Translations under genes and position numbers: made by a program | Notes under the pieces: generated by a model | Told to the model about the DNA's origin: nothing | The model's input: the letters and a program-made list of their open reading frames with translations, nothing else | The model's database searches: none | From: Cellvibrio sp. UBA7661 | GTDB lineage: Bacteria; Pseudomonadota; Gammaproteobacteria; Pseudomonadales; Cellvibrionaceae | DNA length: 64,000 nt | NCBI RefSeq assembly: GCF_002483365.1 | Contig: NZ_DLHT01000018.1 | Span: 8,560-72,559 of the forward strand | Reading direction: 5' to 3' | In this document: positions 19,139-27,771 of the stretch, piece by piece | How the letters are laid out: each line of letters starts with the position of its first letter | Numbering within the stretch: position 1 is the first letter of the stretch

Positions 19139-21904
19139 ATGAGCGGTATTCTCTCTAACGCCGTATCCGGCTTGCAGGCCAGCCAAAATGCACTGCGTAC
19201 TGCAGGGCATAATATTTCCAACGCCAACACTGCTGGCTATTCCCGTCAGGAAGTAAATTACGTTACTCGCCCTGAACAAAATGCGGGTGGTGCCGGATTT
19301 ATTGGTTCCGGTGTTACCACGGCTTCTATTGAGCGTGTGGTCAACGAATTTGTGACTGCCCAGTTGCGTTTGGATACCTCTACATTTAATCAGTTAAATA
19401 AATTCAACGCCAATATTGGCAAAATGGATAAGTTGCTTGCAGACACCAGCACCGGCTTGTCCGGTGCATTGCAATCCTTTTTTTCTGCAATGCAAAATGG
19501 TGCGAATGATCCTGCCTCTACTCCTGGTCGTCAGTTAATTGTGACGGAAGCGGAAAGCATGAGCATCCGCTTCAATAATCTCAATCAGCGCTTTACTGAT
19601 ATCGAAAAAAGTGTAAATGGTGAAATCCGCACGGTGACCGAGCAAATTAATTCGCTAGCACAATCGGTTGCATCACTTAACCAATCGATTGGTGAGTTGC
19701 GTGCATCCGGCAGTGGCAATGCCCCGAATGATTTGCTGGATAAACGCGATGAAGCCTTGCGAAAATTATCTGAACTGGTATCGATTCAAGTCGTTAATCA
19801 AGCTGATGGCGATGTCAATGTATTTATTGGCAATGGCCAGCCTTTGGTTATTGGTATTAAATCCAGCACGTTTAGCGTAACGAATGATGGAAAGATCCAG
19901 TTAACGGGCAACAATTCCAATGTTGACGTTACCTCTCAAATTACTGGTGGACAACTGGGTGGTTTGGTAGGGTTCCGTGAGAGCGTGCTGTCACCTTCGC
20001 TGAACGAGTTGGGGCGCATTGCATTGACAATGGCGGATCAGTTCAACACTTTGCAGCAAGAAGGTATTGATCTGGATGGTGATTACGGCCAGCGTATGTT
20101 TGGTGATATCAATGATCCGGTACTGGCTGCGAACCGTGTCGCACACGGTAATAATGCATTGCCTTTTGATCGGATTATTTCGGTCACTATTGATGACACT
20201 AATCAATTAAGCACCAGTGACTATTTGTTTGAAATTGTTCCTGGCTCCAGTAATTATTTGGTTACCCGGTTATCCGATAAAACCGTGGTGGAGCAGGGTA
20301 CTTTGTCTGGCGCTTACCCCACCAGCATTTCATTCGATGGCGTGAGCGTTAATTTAACCAGCGGCTCTTTTCAGGGAGGCGACAAATTCACAATCCAGCC
20401 AACTAAAAATGGTTCGCGCGATATTCGTGCTGAAATAAAACGTCCGGAAGATTTGGCATTCGCATCGCCTGTGCGTACAGCAAGCAATACCAGTAATGCT
20501 GGCAGTGGCCTTATCAGTGCTGGTGAAGTATTAAGTTTGGTCGATGCTAACGGCAATCGTTTGCCTGCGTTTTCAAAACCGGGTGAATTATCTCCACCCA
20601 TTTTGATTCGCTTTACATCTGAAACAACCTATGAAGTTCTGGACAATAGTGATCCGACCAATCCCAAACATTTAGTGCCTGCACTGCGTGAACAGATTTT
20701 TATTCCCGGTAGTAGCAATAATATTTTTACCGGCGACATTGGTGAGCATATTGTTGTAGGAAATGGCAGCCGGCTGGGGTTGCCGGAAGGTCGCTCACCG
20801 CAGGTGGTATCGGCACTAAGTGATCCACTTGCCAAAAACGGTTATTTGGCAGAGCAGCTGCATTTCACCATTAAAGATCCTGTTACCGGTTCAGTCAGTA
20901 CGAAAATGCTCACGACAGTTCCCGGTGCAACGGCAATGGAAACCGCTGCACAGATCAGTTCTGTACAAGGTGTGTCGGCACGTGCATTTACTACGGCAAC
21001 CTTAACGGATTTGAATCTGGCAACGGCCGATCTTGCGCCGCCCACACAACTGTATGTGAATGGACAAGCGCTTATTCAATATGATCCCAGCAACACGGCT
21101 TTTCATGCCGATGTGCCTGATATTGCTGTTGATGGTGAGGTTGCTTTTAATAATTACCTCGCACAGCAAATTAACAACAATCCCAATTTAACCAGTTTGG
21201 GAATTCGTGCGCAAAGTAGTACTAATCCGATTACCGGTGCACCGGAATTAAAATTGGTTGCGTCATCCGGTGTGGATTTGGATATCCGTTTGAAATCCTC
21301 ATCCAATAGTAGTGTTGATGTGAATGACAGTAATGGAAATCCTAATGTTCGTTTAGTGGGGGCCGATACCGGGGCAGGTGAATTGCAAGGTATCGTAGTG
21401 GGTGGAAGAATTGATATTACGATGGCAGATGGCATTAGCCTCGGAACAGTTCCCACCGACAGCCCATTATTTGGCGATAGCGCACGCGATACTTTTGCAG
21501 GCTCTTCTTTTGTTGGCTATCAAGTTGCGATCAGCGGACAACCTAAAGCGGGCGATACATTCACAGTTGGTTTTAATACCAACGGAACGAATGACAACCG
21601 CAATGCATTGGCGATGGTTGCGCTTGAATCGCAAGGTATGATGCAAAACGGGACTCTGACACTTGAAGATGGTTATGGCAAGTTAGTTGAAGAAGTCGGT
21701 ACCAAAAGCAGTCTTTCAAAAATCAATACTGAAGCAAGTAAAAGCTTGTTGGAACAAACCCAAACCATGCGCGACAGTATTTCCGGCGTTAACCTGGATG
21801 AAGAAGCGGCAGACTTAATTAAGTTCCAGCAGCTTTATCAAGCGAATGCCCAAGTGATTTCTGTTGTGCGTGAATTGTTTGATACTCTTCTTAGTTCACT
21901 TTAA
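19139..21904 (+). CDS. flgK: hook-filament junction protein FlgK, enlarged (921 aa)
   Basis: N-terminus MSGILSNAVSGLQASQNALRTAGHNISNANTAGYSRQ and C-terminus GVNLDEEAADLIKFQQLYQANAQVISV are canonical FlgK. The central region is much longer than usual. Confidence 0.9.
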   Translation: MSGILSNAVSGLQASQNALRTAGHNISNANTAGYSRQEVNYVTRPEQNAGGAGFIGSGVTTASIERVVNEFVTAQLRLDTSTFNQLNKFNANIGKMDKLLADTSTGLSGALQSFFSAMQNGANDPASTPGRQLIVTEAESMSIRFNNLNQRFTDIEKSVNGEIRTVTEQINSLAQSVASLNQSIGELRASGSGNAPNDLLDKRDEALRKLSELVSIQVVNQADGDVNVFIGNGQPLVIGIKSSTFSVTNDGKIQLTGNNSNVDVTSQITGGQLGGLVGFRESVLSPSLNELGRIALTMADQFNTLQQEGIDLDGDYGQRMFGDINDPVLAANRVAHGNNALPFDRIISVTIDDTNQLSTSDYLFEIVPGSSNYLVTRLSDKTVVEQGTLSGAYPTSISFDGVSVNLTSGSFQGGDKFTIQPTKNGSRDIRAEIKRPEDLAFASPVRTASNTSNAGSGLISAGEVLSLVDANGNRLPAFSKPGELSPPILIRFTSETTYEVLDNSDPTNPKHLVPALREQIFIPGSSNNIFTGDIGEHIVVGNGSRLGLPEGRSPQVVSALSDPLAKNGYLAEQLHFTIKDPVTGSVSTKMLTTVPGATAMETAAQISSVQGVSARAFTTATLTDLNLATADLAPPTQLYVNGQALIQYDPSNTAFHADVPDIAVDGEVAFNNYLAQQINNNPNLTSLGIRAQSSTNPITGAPELKLVASSGVDLDIRLKSSSNSSVDVNDSNGNPNVRLVGADTGAGELQGIVVGGRIDITMADGISLGTVPTDSPLFGDSARDTFAGSSFVGYQVAISGQPKAGDTFTVGFNTNGTNDNRNALAMVALESQGMMQNGTLTLEDGYGKLVEEVGTKSSLSKINTEASKSLLEQTQTMRDSISGVNLDEEAADLIKFQQLYQANAQVISVVRELFDTLLSSL

Positions 21905-21942
21905 TCTTCTGTATCACATTAATTCCTTCATCTCTCCTTGTT

Positions 21943-22012
21943 CCTCTTTAAAGGCTTCTCTTTAAAAAGAGGGCAAGCAGGGAGTCAAACTCCTCCCTTT
22001 GAAAAAGGGAGG
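21943..22012 (+). other. two stem-loops in the flgK-flgL spacer
   Basis: CCTCTTTAAA...TTTAAAAAGAGG forms an imperfect stem. CCTCCCTTT-gaa-AAAGGGAGG forms a 9-bp perfect stem at 21992-22012. Neither has a clear U-tract. Confidence 0.5.
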
Positions 22013-22056
22013 CTTGGAGGGATTAAAAATCTCTTCTTCTTTTATTTCATAAAAAT

Positions 22057-22071
22057 TGGATCAATTCCTGC
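22057..22071 (+). promoter_or_regulatory. possible sigma-54 promoter of flgL (weak match)
   Basis: TGGATC-AATTC-CTGCA keeps the GG and GC dinucleotides at the correct 12-nt offset. It lies 59 nt upstream of the flgL ATG. The other consensus positions are degenerate. Confidence 0.35.
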
Positions 22072-22129
22072 ATTGGTAGACTGTAAGTAATCAATGAGGC
22101 AAACATTTGCCGCTTTAGAGGAGTTGGTC

Positions 22130-24013
22130 ATGCGCGTATCCACCTCACAAATTTATAACATCGCAACTCTGGGAATGGGGCAGGCGCAGTCTGCTGTTAC
22201 CAAAACCCAGGAACAAATGTCGACCGGGAAAAAAGTATTATCGCCTGCGGATGATCCTGTGGCGGCGACGGCAATTTTGCGTCTCAACCAGGAATTGGCG
22301 CGTACCGAGCAATATGGAAAAAATATTAATATTGCAGAGTCCAATCTGAATCTTGAGGAATCGACAACGCAAACCGTGATCGACCTTGTCCAACGTATGC
22401 GTGAACTTGCGGTGAAAGCAGGTAACACAGCTATTTATACGTCTACCGATTACAAAGCGCTTGCAGCAGAAGTGGATACACGGATTGCCGAGCTTGCGAA
22501 CTTGCAAAATACCCGCAATGCATCGGGCCAGTATATTTTTGCGGGTTATAAAGGTGATACCAAACCGTTTGTCAGTGATATTGGTGGTAATTTCACGTAT
22601 ATGGGCGACGAAGGGCAATTGCGTTTGCAAGCGTCCACATCGGTAACTGTGGCGGTCAGTGACTCTGGTAAAAAGCTATTTGTAGATATCCCCAGTGGGC
22701 ACAACACATTTACTACCTCTGCTGGTACAGGGAACAAAGCCATTCCTCCTGCAGTGATTTCGGTAGGTGAGGTAATTGACCAGCAAGAATTTGATCGTCT
22801 TTATCCAGAAGATTTACAGGTTATTTTTACCAAAAATGGTTCAGTGGTGAATTTCACTGTCACTGAGCGTGCCAGTGGAAAAATATTACTGCCTGCGCAA
22901 CTGTATGTGGCGGGGGATGATATTGAAGTCGCGGGTGCGAAATTTAAAATTTTGGGGAATCCTTATGCGGGTAACCCTGCCATTCCTGCTGAATTGGATT
23001 TTGGTGCAGTAGGTGCATTTGATTTTTCCGTAACACCAACGAATGTTTCCATTACTGTTGGTGGAAAAACAGAAACTCTGCTGCTTGATCAAAACGTCAC
23101 TAACGCAACGGATTTGACTGCTGCTTTTAACAGCGTAGCAGGTACGCCCAGCAATGCGGACAAACTGGCCAATTTGGGTATTACCGTTGACTCAACCGGT
23201 TTTCATTCTCCAACCGGTTTGAATATTACCGTGCGTAACGGTACGCCGGATACTGATACAGCGTTGGGATTTAACACGCAAAGTAATGGGACTACTTCCG
23301 TTAATTTGCCTTTTGCTTTTGTCAGTGCAGAAGATTTCAGTACATCACCTACGACATTTCAATTGGAAGTGAATGGCCGGACTGAGTCAATTACCTTCAA
23401 TCAAAACATAACCAACGTCACTGATTTGGCCAACGCATTTCGTACACCGGATAATGCTGCCAAGCTTGCGCGTTTGGGAATTACAGTTACTGATCAGGGA
23501 TTAATTTCAAATACCAATGCCACCATTACTATCAAGGGTGGCAATCTGGATGTAAATAATGTCACTGGTCTGAACACGCAGGATACGGGTACTTCTTCAA
23601 CCCGTGGTGTACTTATCGAAACCGGCGATAGTTTTTTTGTGGAATCCACCAACAAGCAAGGCTTACTCACCACGCTCACACGTTTTAGTGAGGCAATGAA
23701 ATCTGTTGTGGATACACCGGAAAGCAAAGAGGTATTAGCCAAGATCGTTGCCAAAACCTTGACCAATTTGCAAAACGCAGTAACCAATCTTACTTCTGTG
23801 CAGGGTGAAATGGGATCGCGCTTGAATACACTGGAGAGTAGCAAGGAGTTAAATCTGGATATTACGTTGTCTACCAAGACAGTATTGTCCGGCTTACAGG
23901 ATTTGGATTATGGCGAAGCCTCTATTCAATTAACCATGCAATCATTGGTGTTGAATGCAGCACAACAAAGCTTTGCCAAAGTTAGCCAGTTATCGCTTTT
24001 TACTTATTTATAA
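22130..24013 (+). CDS. flgL: hook-filament junction protein FlgL, enlarged (627 aa)
   Basis: Start MRVSTSQIYN preceded by an AGAGGAG SD; the ORF-track start at 22094 is less likely. Flagellin-like N-terminus (LSPADDPVAATAILRLNQEL) and C-terminus (LQDLDYGEASIQLTMQSLVLNAAQQSFAKVSQLSLF) flank a long insert. Confidence 0.9.
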   Translation: MRVSTSQIYNIATLGMGQAQSAVTKTQEQMSTGKKVLSPADDPVAATAILRLNQELARTEQYGKNINIAESNLNLEESTTQTVIDLVQRMRELAVKAGNTAIYTSTDYKALAAEVDTRIAELANLQNTRNASGQYIFAGYKGDTKPFVSDIGGNFTYMGDEGQLRLQASTSVTVAVSDSGKKLFVDIPSGHNTFTTSAGTGNKAIPPAVISVGEVIDQQEFDRLYPEDLQVIFTKNGSVVNFTVTERASGKILLPAQLYVAGDDIEVAGAKFKILGNPYAGNPAIPAELDFGAVGAFDFSVTPTNVSITVGGKTETLLLDQNVTNATDLTAAFNSVAGTPSNADKLANLGITVDSTGFHSPTGLNITVRNGTPDTDTALGFNTQSNGTTSVNLPFAFVSAEDFSTSPTTFQLEVNGRTESITFNQNITNVTDLANAFRTPDNAAKLARLGITVTDQGLISNTNATITIKGGNLDVNNVTGLNTQDTGTSSTRGVLIETGDSFFVESTNKQGLLTTLTRFSEAMKSVVDTPESKEVLAKIVAKTLTNLQNAVTNLTSVQGEMGSRLNTLESSKELNLDITLSTKTVLSGLQDLDYGEASIQLTMQSLVLNAAQQSFAKVSQLSLFTYL

Positions 24014-24289
24014 TCTTCATCGCTCTATGAATCACTTTATGAATTGATGCTCACTACTTTTGTTGATTGCCTGACATCAATTCATGGAGTGTCCGCAAAA
24101 TGAGTGCGTCACCATCGCCGCTCTATATCGTCTCACTACATCATCGTCTTACTATAATGAAGACTTGATGTAATGGCATGTAAGTCATAATTTATACGCA
24201 GGTCAGTTATCTTTTGCTAATCTTGCACTATAGCGTTAGTCTGCCTTTAGCCATTATTAAGAGTTGTTCTATTACGTAGAGTTGTATTT

Positions 24290-24616
24290 ATGGATATCAA
24301 CCCTTTGCTTGACCCTTTAGTTCGTGCGCTCAGTCAATCAAAAGCTCTTTTGTCTCTTGCCCAAGCGGGTGATTGGGAATCGTTTGAAACCTTGGTGCAA
24401 CAGCGCCAGCAGGGTCTTTTATCGCTTAGCGACCACGAGTACCTGCAATCATTAGCGCAAGCGGATCTTGAAACTGAAGCGGCAGGATTAATTGAAGAAA
24501 TTCAGTTGATCAACAAAGAATTATCTTCTCTGGCGGAAGCAAACCGGGATAATGCCGCGTCAGAATTGCGTCAAAATGGAAGAGCAGCAAAAGCAATTGA
24601 TGCGTATGGCGGCTAA
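24290..24616 (+). CDS. FliT-like flagellar chaperone (tentative)
   Basis: 108 aa and all-helical. LSLAQAGDWESFETLVQQRQQ resembles the FliT signature (A..G.W..L..LE..R). The gene sits inside the flagellar locus. It does not look like FliS. Confidence 0.5.
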   Translation: MDINPLLDPLVRALSQSKALLSLAQAGDWESFETLVQQRQQGLLSLSDHEYLQSLAQADLETEAAGLIEEIQLINKELSSLAEANRDNAASELRQNGRAAKAIDAYGG

Positions 24617-24704
24617 TTGACGTCATGCGTGTTGCTTATAACGCTTTGTGCTTATTTTTAGTAATTCCTCGTACAAAAAGTTTATTCCTGCCATAAAAAA
24701 TTTC

Positions 24705-24731
24705 TAAAGCTCCTTCTGGATGTGTCGATAA
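24705..24731 (+). promoter_or_regulatory. sigma-28 (FliA) promoter of fliC1
   Basis: TAAAGCTC-N11-GTCGATAA, about 114 nt upstream of the fliC1 ATG. Confidence 0.7.
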
Positions 24732-24844
24732 CCTAGTTAGAAGTGCTGATTAAGCTGTTAGCGTCAGACTTCATCAACCGACACTAGCAGCATGGCCTTC
24801 CTACTTGATCAGCCACTGCGTACTTTAAATCCAGGAGATTCATC

Positions 24845-26872
24845 ATGGCTTTAGTAATTAACACAAACGTCGCCTCTCTGAATGCACAACGTCAGTTGAT
24901 GAGCTCAGGCAACGCGCTTGACCGCTCCACCGAGCGTTTGTCTTCCGGTATGCGTATTAACTCTGCAAAAGACGACGCTGCCGGTTTGGCGATCGCCAAC
25001 CGTATGACCTCACAGGTTCGCGGTCTTGACCAAGCAATCCGTAACGCTAACGACGGTGTATCTCTGATTCAAACCGCTGAAGGTGCGCTGTCAGAATCTA
25101 CCAACATCCTGCAACGTATGCGTGAACTGTCAGTACAGTCCGCAAACGGTATCTACAACGCCAGCGACCGCGCCACTCTGAACGCCGAGGTAAAACAACT
25201 TGTCTCTGAATTGGATCGTATCGCCAAAACCACCGCGTTTAACGGCCAAAATCTGTTAGATGGCAAGTTAGGTAAAGTGGAGTTGCAAGTAGGTTCTGCG
25301 GCTAACCAAACCGTAACATTAAAAGTTCCAGCGATGGATGCCAAAACTCTGGGTATGGGTTCTACCAGCGTGGATTTGATGGGCGGTTCTACTACCGCAA
25401 TTGCAGATACTCTGGATTTGGCAGAAAACGACGTGATGATCAATGGCCAGTCAATCATTGCCGCTGGTGAAAGTTGGATTGGTGGTACCGATGACCTTGA
25501 TGAGTTGATTGATAAAATCAATACCAACGTTAATGGTGTTACTGCTTCTACTTTAGCTGTTGCTGAGGCAACCAGTGTAGGTACTGGTATTTTGGAAGAT
25601 GCCCAACAAATGGAAGTAGCTGTTACCAAGCTGGATGGCAGTATAACTACAGTTATTGTACGTGATACCAAAAACCTGAATGATTTGGTAGATAAGCTCA
25701 ATTCTGAGGGTAATGGTTTAATCAGTGCTTCGTTGAATGACGAGGGTAAATTAACCATAAGCGCTGAAAATGCAACTCAAATCGCTGTGACTGACGGCGC
25801 CAGTGCAGGCGGTACCGGTATTACAACTGCGGGCACTGCGAAACTGGTATTGACTGCGGACAATGATGATCCAATTACTATCACTCGCGGCTCAACCGGT
25901 ACCCTTGAAGATTTGGCTGCATTAGGTTTCCGCGAAAACAACAAAGCCGGTACAGTGGAAGGTGGTGGTATGTCAGATCCTACCACTGAGTGGGGTGCAG
26001 GCGATTTAAAAATCAATGGTGTAGTCATTGATAACGATGAGACTGATAGTTTGCAGGGAAAAGTTGATGCGATAAATCGTTCATCGGTTGAGACTGGCGT
26101 GCAGGCAAGTGCGTTTACAAGTGCTGCATTAGACTTCGATGGCGTTGATTTGTCTGCCTTAGCAGGTACCTTCGAACTTAATGGTGTTAGTGTTGCTGCT
26201 GCCACAAGCTTGACGGGCATTGTGGATGCGTTTAATGCCGTGTCAGATTCAACCGGTATTACAGCTACTTTGTCGGGTACACGGGTAATTATTGAGGGTA
26301 ATGTAGCCTCAATGACGTTTGCTGACGGTGGTGGTGGTGTTGTGGCTGCGTTAGGCGCATCTAATCTTGAATATATTGAAGATGGTGCCTTTGTTTCGGG
26401 TGCGGTGGGCGCAGCTACTGTTGATGGTGGTATTAAGTTGACCAGTGTTAGCGGCAACCCTATCCAAATTGATTTTGCAGCCGATTTAAGTGATGGAGAT
26501 CGTGATGCAAACTATGGCTTCTTGGAGAGTAACGCTGCTGGTACAGCTAGCTTCGGCGCAGCAATCTCATCAATCAGCATCGACACCGCTGCAAACGCTC
26601 AAAAAGCAATTAAGGTAATCGACAACGCATTGACCACCATCAGTGATGTGCGTTCAGAGTTGGGTGCGATCAACAACCGTTTGGACTTCACCATCTCCAA
26701 CCTGGCGAACATTTCAGAGAAGACTTCATCAGCGCGTTCACGTATCACTGATGCTGACTTCGCAGCGGAAACTGCAAACCTGAGCCGTTCACAAGTGTTG
26801 CAACAAGCGGCCTCGGCGATGTTGGCTCAGTCTAATGCTCGTCCACAACAAGTACTGTCTCTCTTGAGATAA
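24845..26872 (+). CDS. fliC: flagellin, copy 1 (675 aa)
   Basis: [18 protein letters not shown]...[22 protein letters not shown] at the N-terminus and [45 protein letters not shown] at the C-terminus. The central variable region is about 400 aa. Confidence 0.95.
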   Translation: MALVINTNVASLNAQRQLMSSGNALDRSTERLSSGMRINSAKDDAAGLAIANRMTSQVRGLDQAIRNANDGVSLIQTAEGALSESTNILQRMRELSVQSANGIYNASDRATLNAEVKQLVSELDRIAKTTAFNGQNLLDGKLGKVELQVGSAANQTVTLKVPAMDAKTLGMGSTSVDLMGGSTTAIADTLDLAENDVMINGQSIIAAGESWIGGTDDLDELIDKINTNVNGVTASTLAVAEATSVGTGILEDAQQMEVAVTKLDGSITTVIVRDTKNLNDLVDKLNSEGNGLISASLNDEGKLTISAENATQIAVTDGASAGGTGITTAGTAKLVLTADNDDPITITRGSTGTLEDLAALGFRENNKAGTVEGGGMSDPTTEWGAGDLKINGVVIDNDETDSLQGKVDAINRSSVETGVQASAFTSAALDFDGVDLSALAGTFELNGVSVAAATSLTGIVDAFNAVSDSTGITATLSGTRVIIEGNVASMTFADGGGGVVAALGASNLEYIEDGAFVSGAVGAATVDGGIKLTSVSGNPIQIDFAADLSDGDRDANYGFLESNAAGTASFGAAISSISIDTAANAQKAIKVIDNALTTISDVRSELGAINNRLDFTISNLANISEKTSSARSRITDADFAAETANLSRSQVLQQAASAMLAQSNARPQQVLSLLR

Positions 26873-26881
26873 TACAGGCTA

Positions 26882-26925
26882 CTTCCGGGCTAGCTAATCC
26901 CAGCTAACCCGGAAGAACATTTTTA
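26882..26925 (+). terminator. hairpin/partial terminator between fliC1 and flaG
   Basis: CTTCCGGGCTAGCT-loop-AGCTAACCCGGAAG forms a 14-bp stem with one mismatch. It is followed by AACATTTTT. Confidence 0.55.
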
Positions 26926-26939
26926 GTGAGGAACAGATT

Positions 26940-27326
26940 ATGAATGACATCACTAAAGTTGCTTCGAATCCGGTACAAGCGAAAGCTTCGCCGGTTTCGT
27001 CGTTGCCTGGCGCAAGAGGTCAAAAAACCGGCAATGATTTGCCGCCTGCCGCAGAAGCGGCAAGATCTTTACCTAAAGATCCTGTCAATTCTCAGGCGGT
27101 GCAAGAGCGTGTTCAGGCAGCCGTGGCTCAAATGAATGAGTATATTCAGTCAACCCAGCGCGATTTAAACTTCTCATATGATCCTGATTCAGGTGAGACA
27201 GTTGTGAAAGTTTTGGATCGCACAACGCAAGAAGTTATTCGTCAAATCCCTGATGAAATTTTCTTGCGGCTGGCGCAAAGCCACACCCCGGATGAGCCTG
27301 GTCAATTATTCAGTGCACAGGCATAA
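26940..27326 (+). CDS. flaG: flagellar protein FlaG
   Basis: 128 aa. Contains LNFSYDPDSGETVVKVLDRTTQEVIRQIPDEIFLRLAQ, the FlaG family signature. Confidence 0.85.
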   Translation: MNDITKVASNPVQAKASPVSSLPGARGQKTGNDLPPAAEAARSLPKDPVNSQAVQERVQAAVAQMNEYIQSTQRDLNFSYDPDSGETVVKVLDRTTQEVIRQIPDEIFLRLAQSHTPDEPGQLFSAQA

Positions 27327-27391
27327 AACCCTTTTAAAACAATAGGTTGTAACGGTTTTAAAAGAGCGGTTTGGCGAGTGTTTTAAAACGA

Positions 27392-27422
27392 ATAGGGCAG
27401 CGAAAGCTGCCCTATTTTTTTT
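27392..27422 (+). terminator. rho-independent terminator after flaG
   Basis: ATAGGGCAGC-gaaa-GCTGCCCTAT followed by T8. Confidence 0.85.
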
Positions 27423-27557
27423 GTTTAAAAAATGTAAAACCGATTTGGTTTTTTATTTTTTTAAATTAAAAGCAGAGAAAATTTTCAGCAAATTTGCGTT
27501 TCCAATAACTGTCAATTGTGTTTTTGATAAGCGTACTTTTTCTCCTTAAAAATGTTT

Positions 27558-27572
27558 TGGCATGGTCTGTGC
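27558..27572 (+). promoter_or_regulatory. candidate sigma-54 promoter of fliC2
   Basis: TGGCAT-GGTCT-GTGCA has GG and GC at the correct offset. It lies 200 nt upstream of the fliC2 ATG. I found no sigma-28 consensus in this 445-nt spacer. Confidence 0.5.
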
Positions 27573-27771
27573 AAAATCGGCTTTAGGCGACCGTATAGAA
27601 ATCCTGTTTAGTGCAACCCCCGTTAATCAGTGGGTAGCAAATTTCTTAAAAGTCTTGCCACGAAGTTCTGACAGTCCATGCAAGTCGATTAACCGATGGC
27701 TTTGAACTTCATTAGTCGGCTTGTCACAGCAATAGAAACTGTGAACAGGAACAATCATTAGGAGATTTATT

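Noticed and set aside
27640-27720. Attempted sigma-28 promoter for fliC2 around GTCGATTA / AACCGATG.
   Set aside because: No TAAAG-like -35 element lies at the required 11-nt spacing from either candidate -10, so neither is called.
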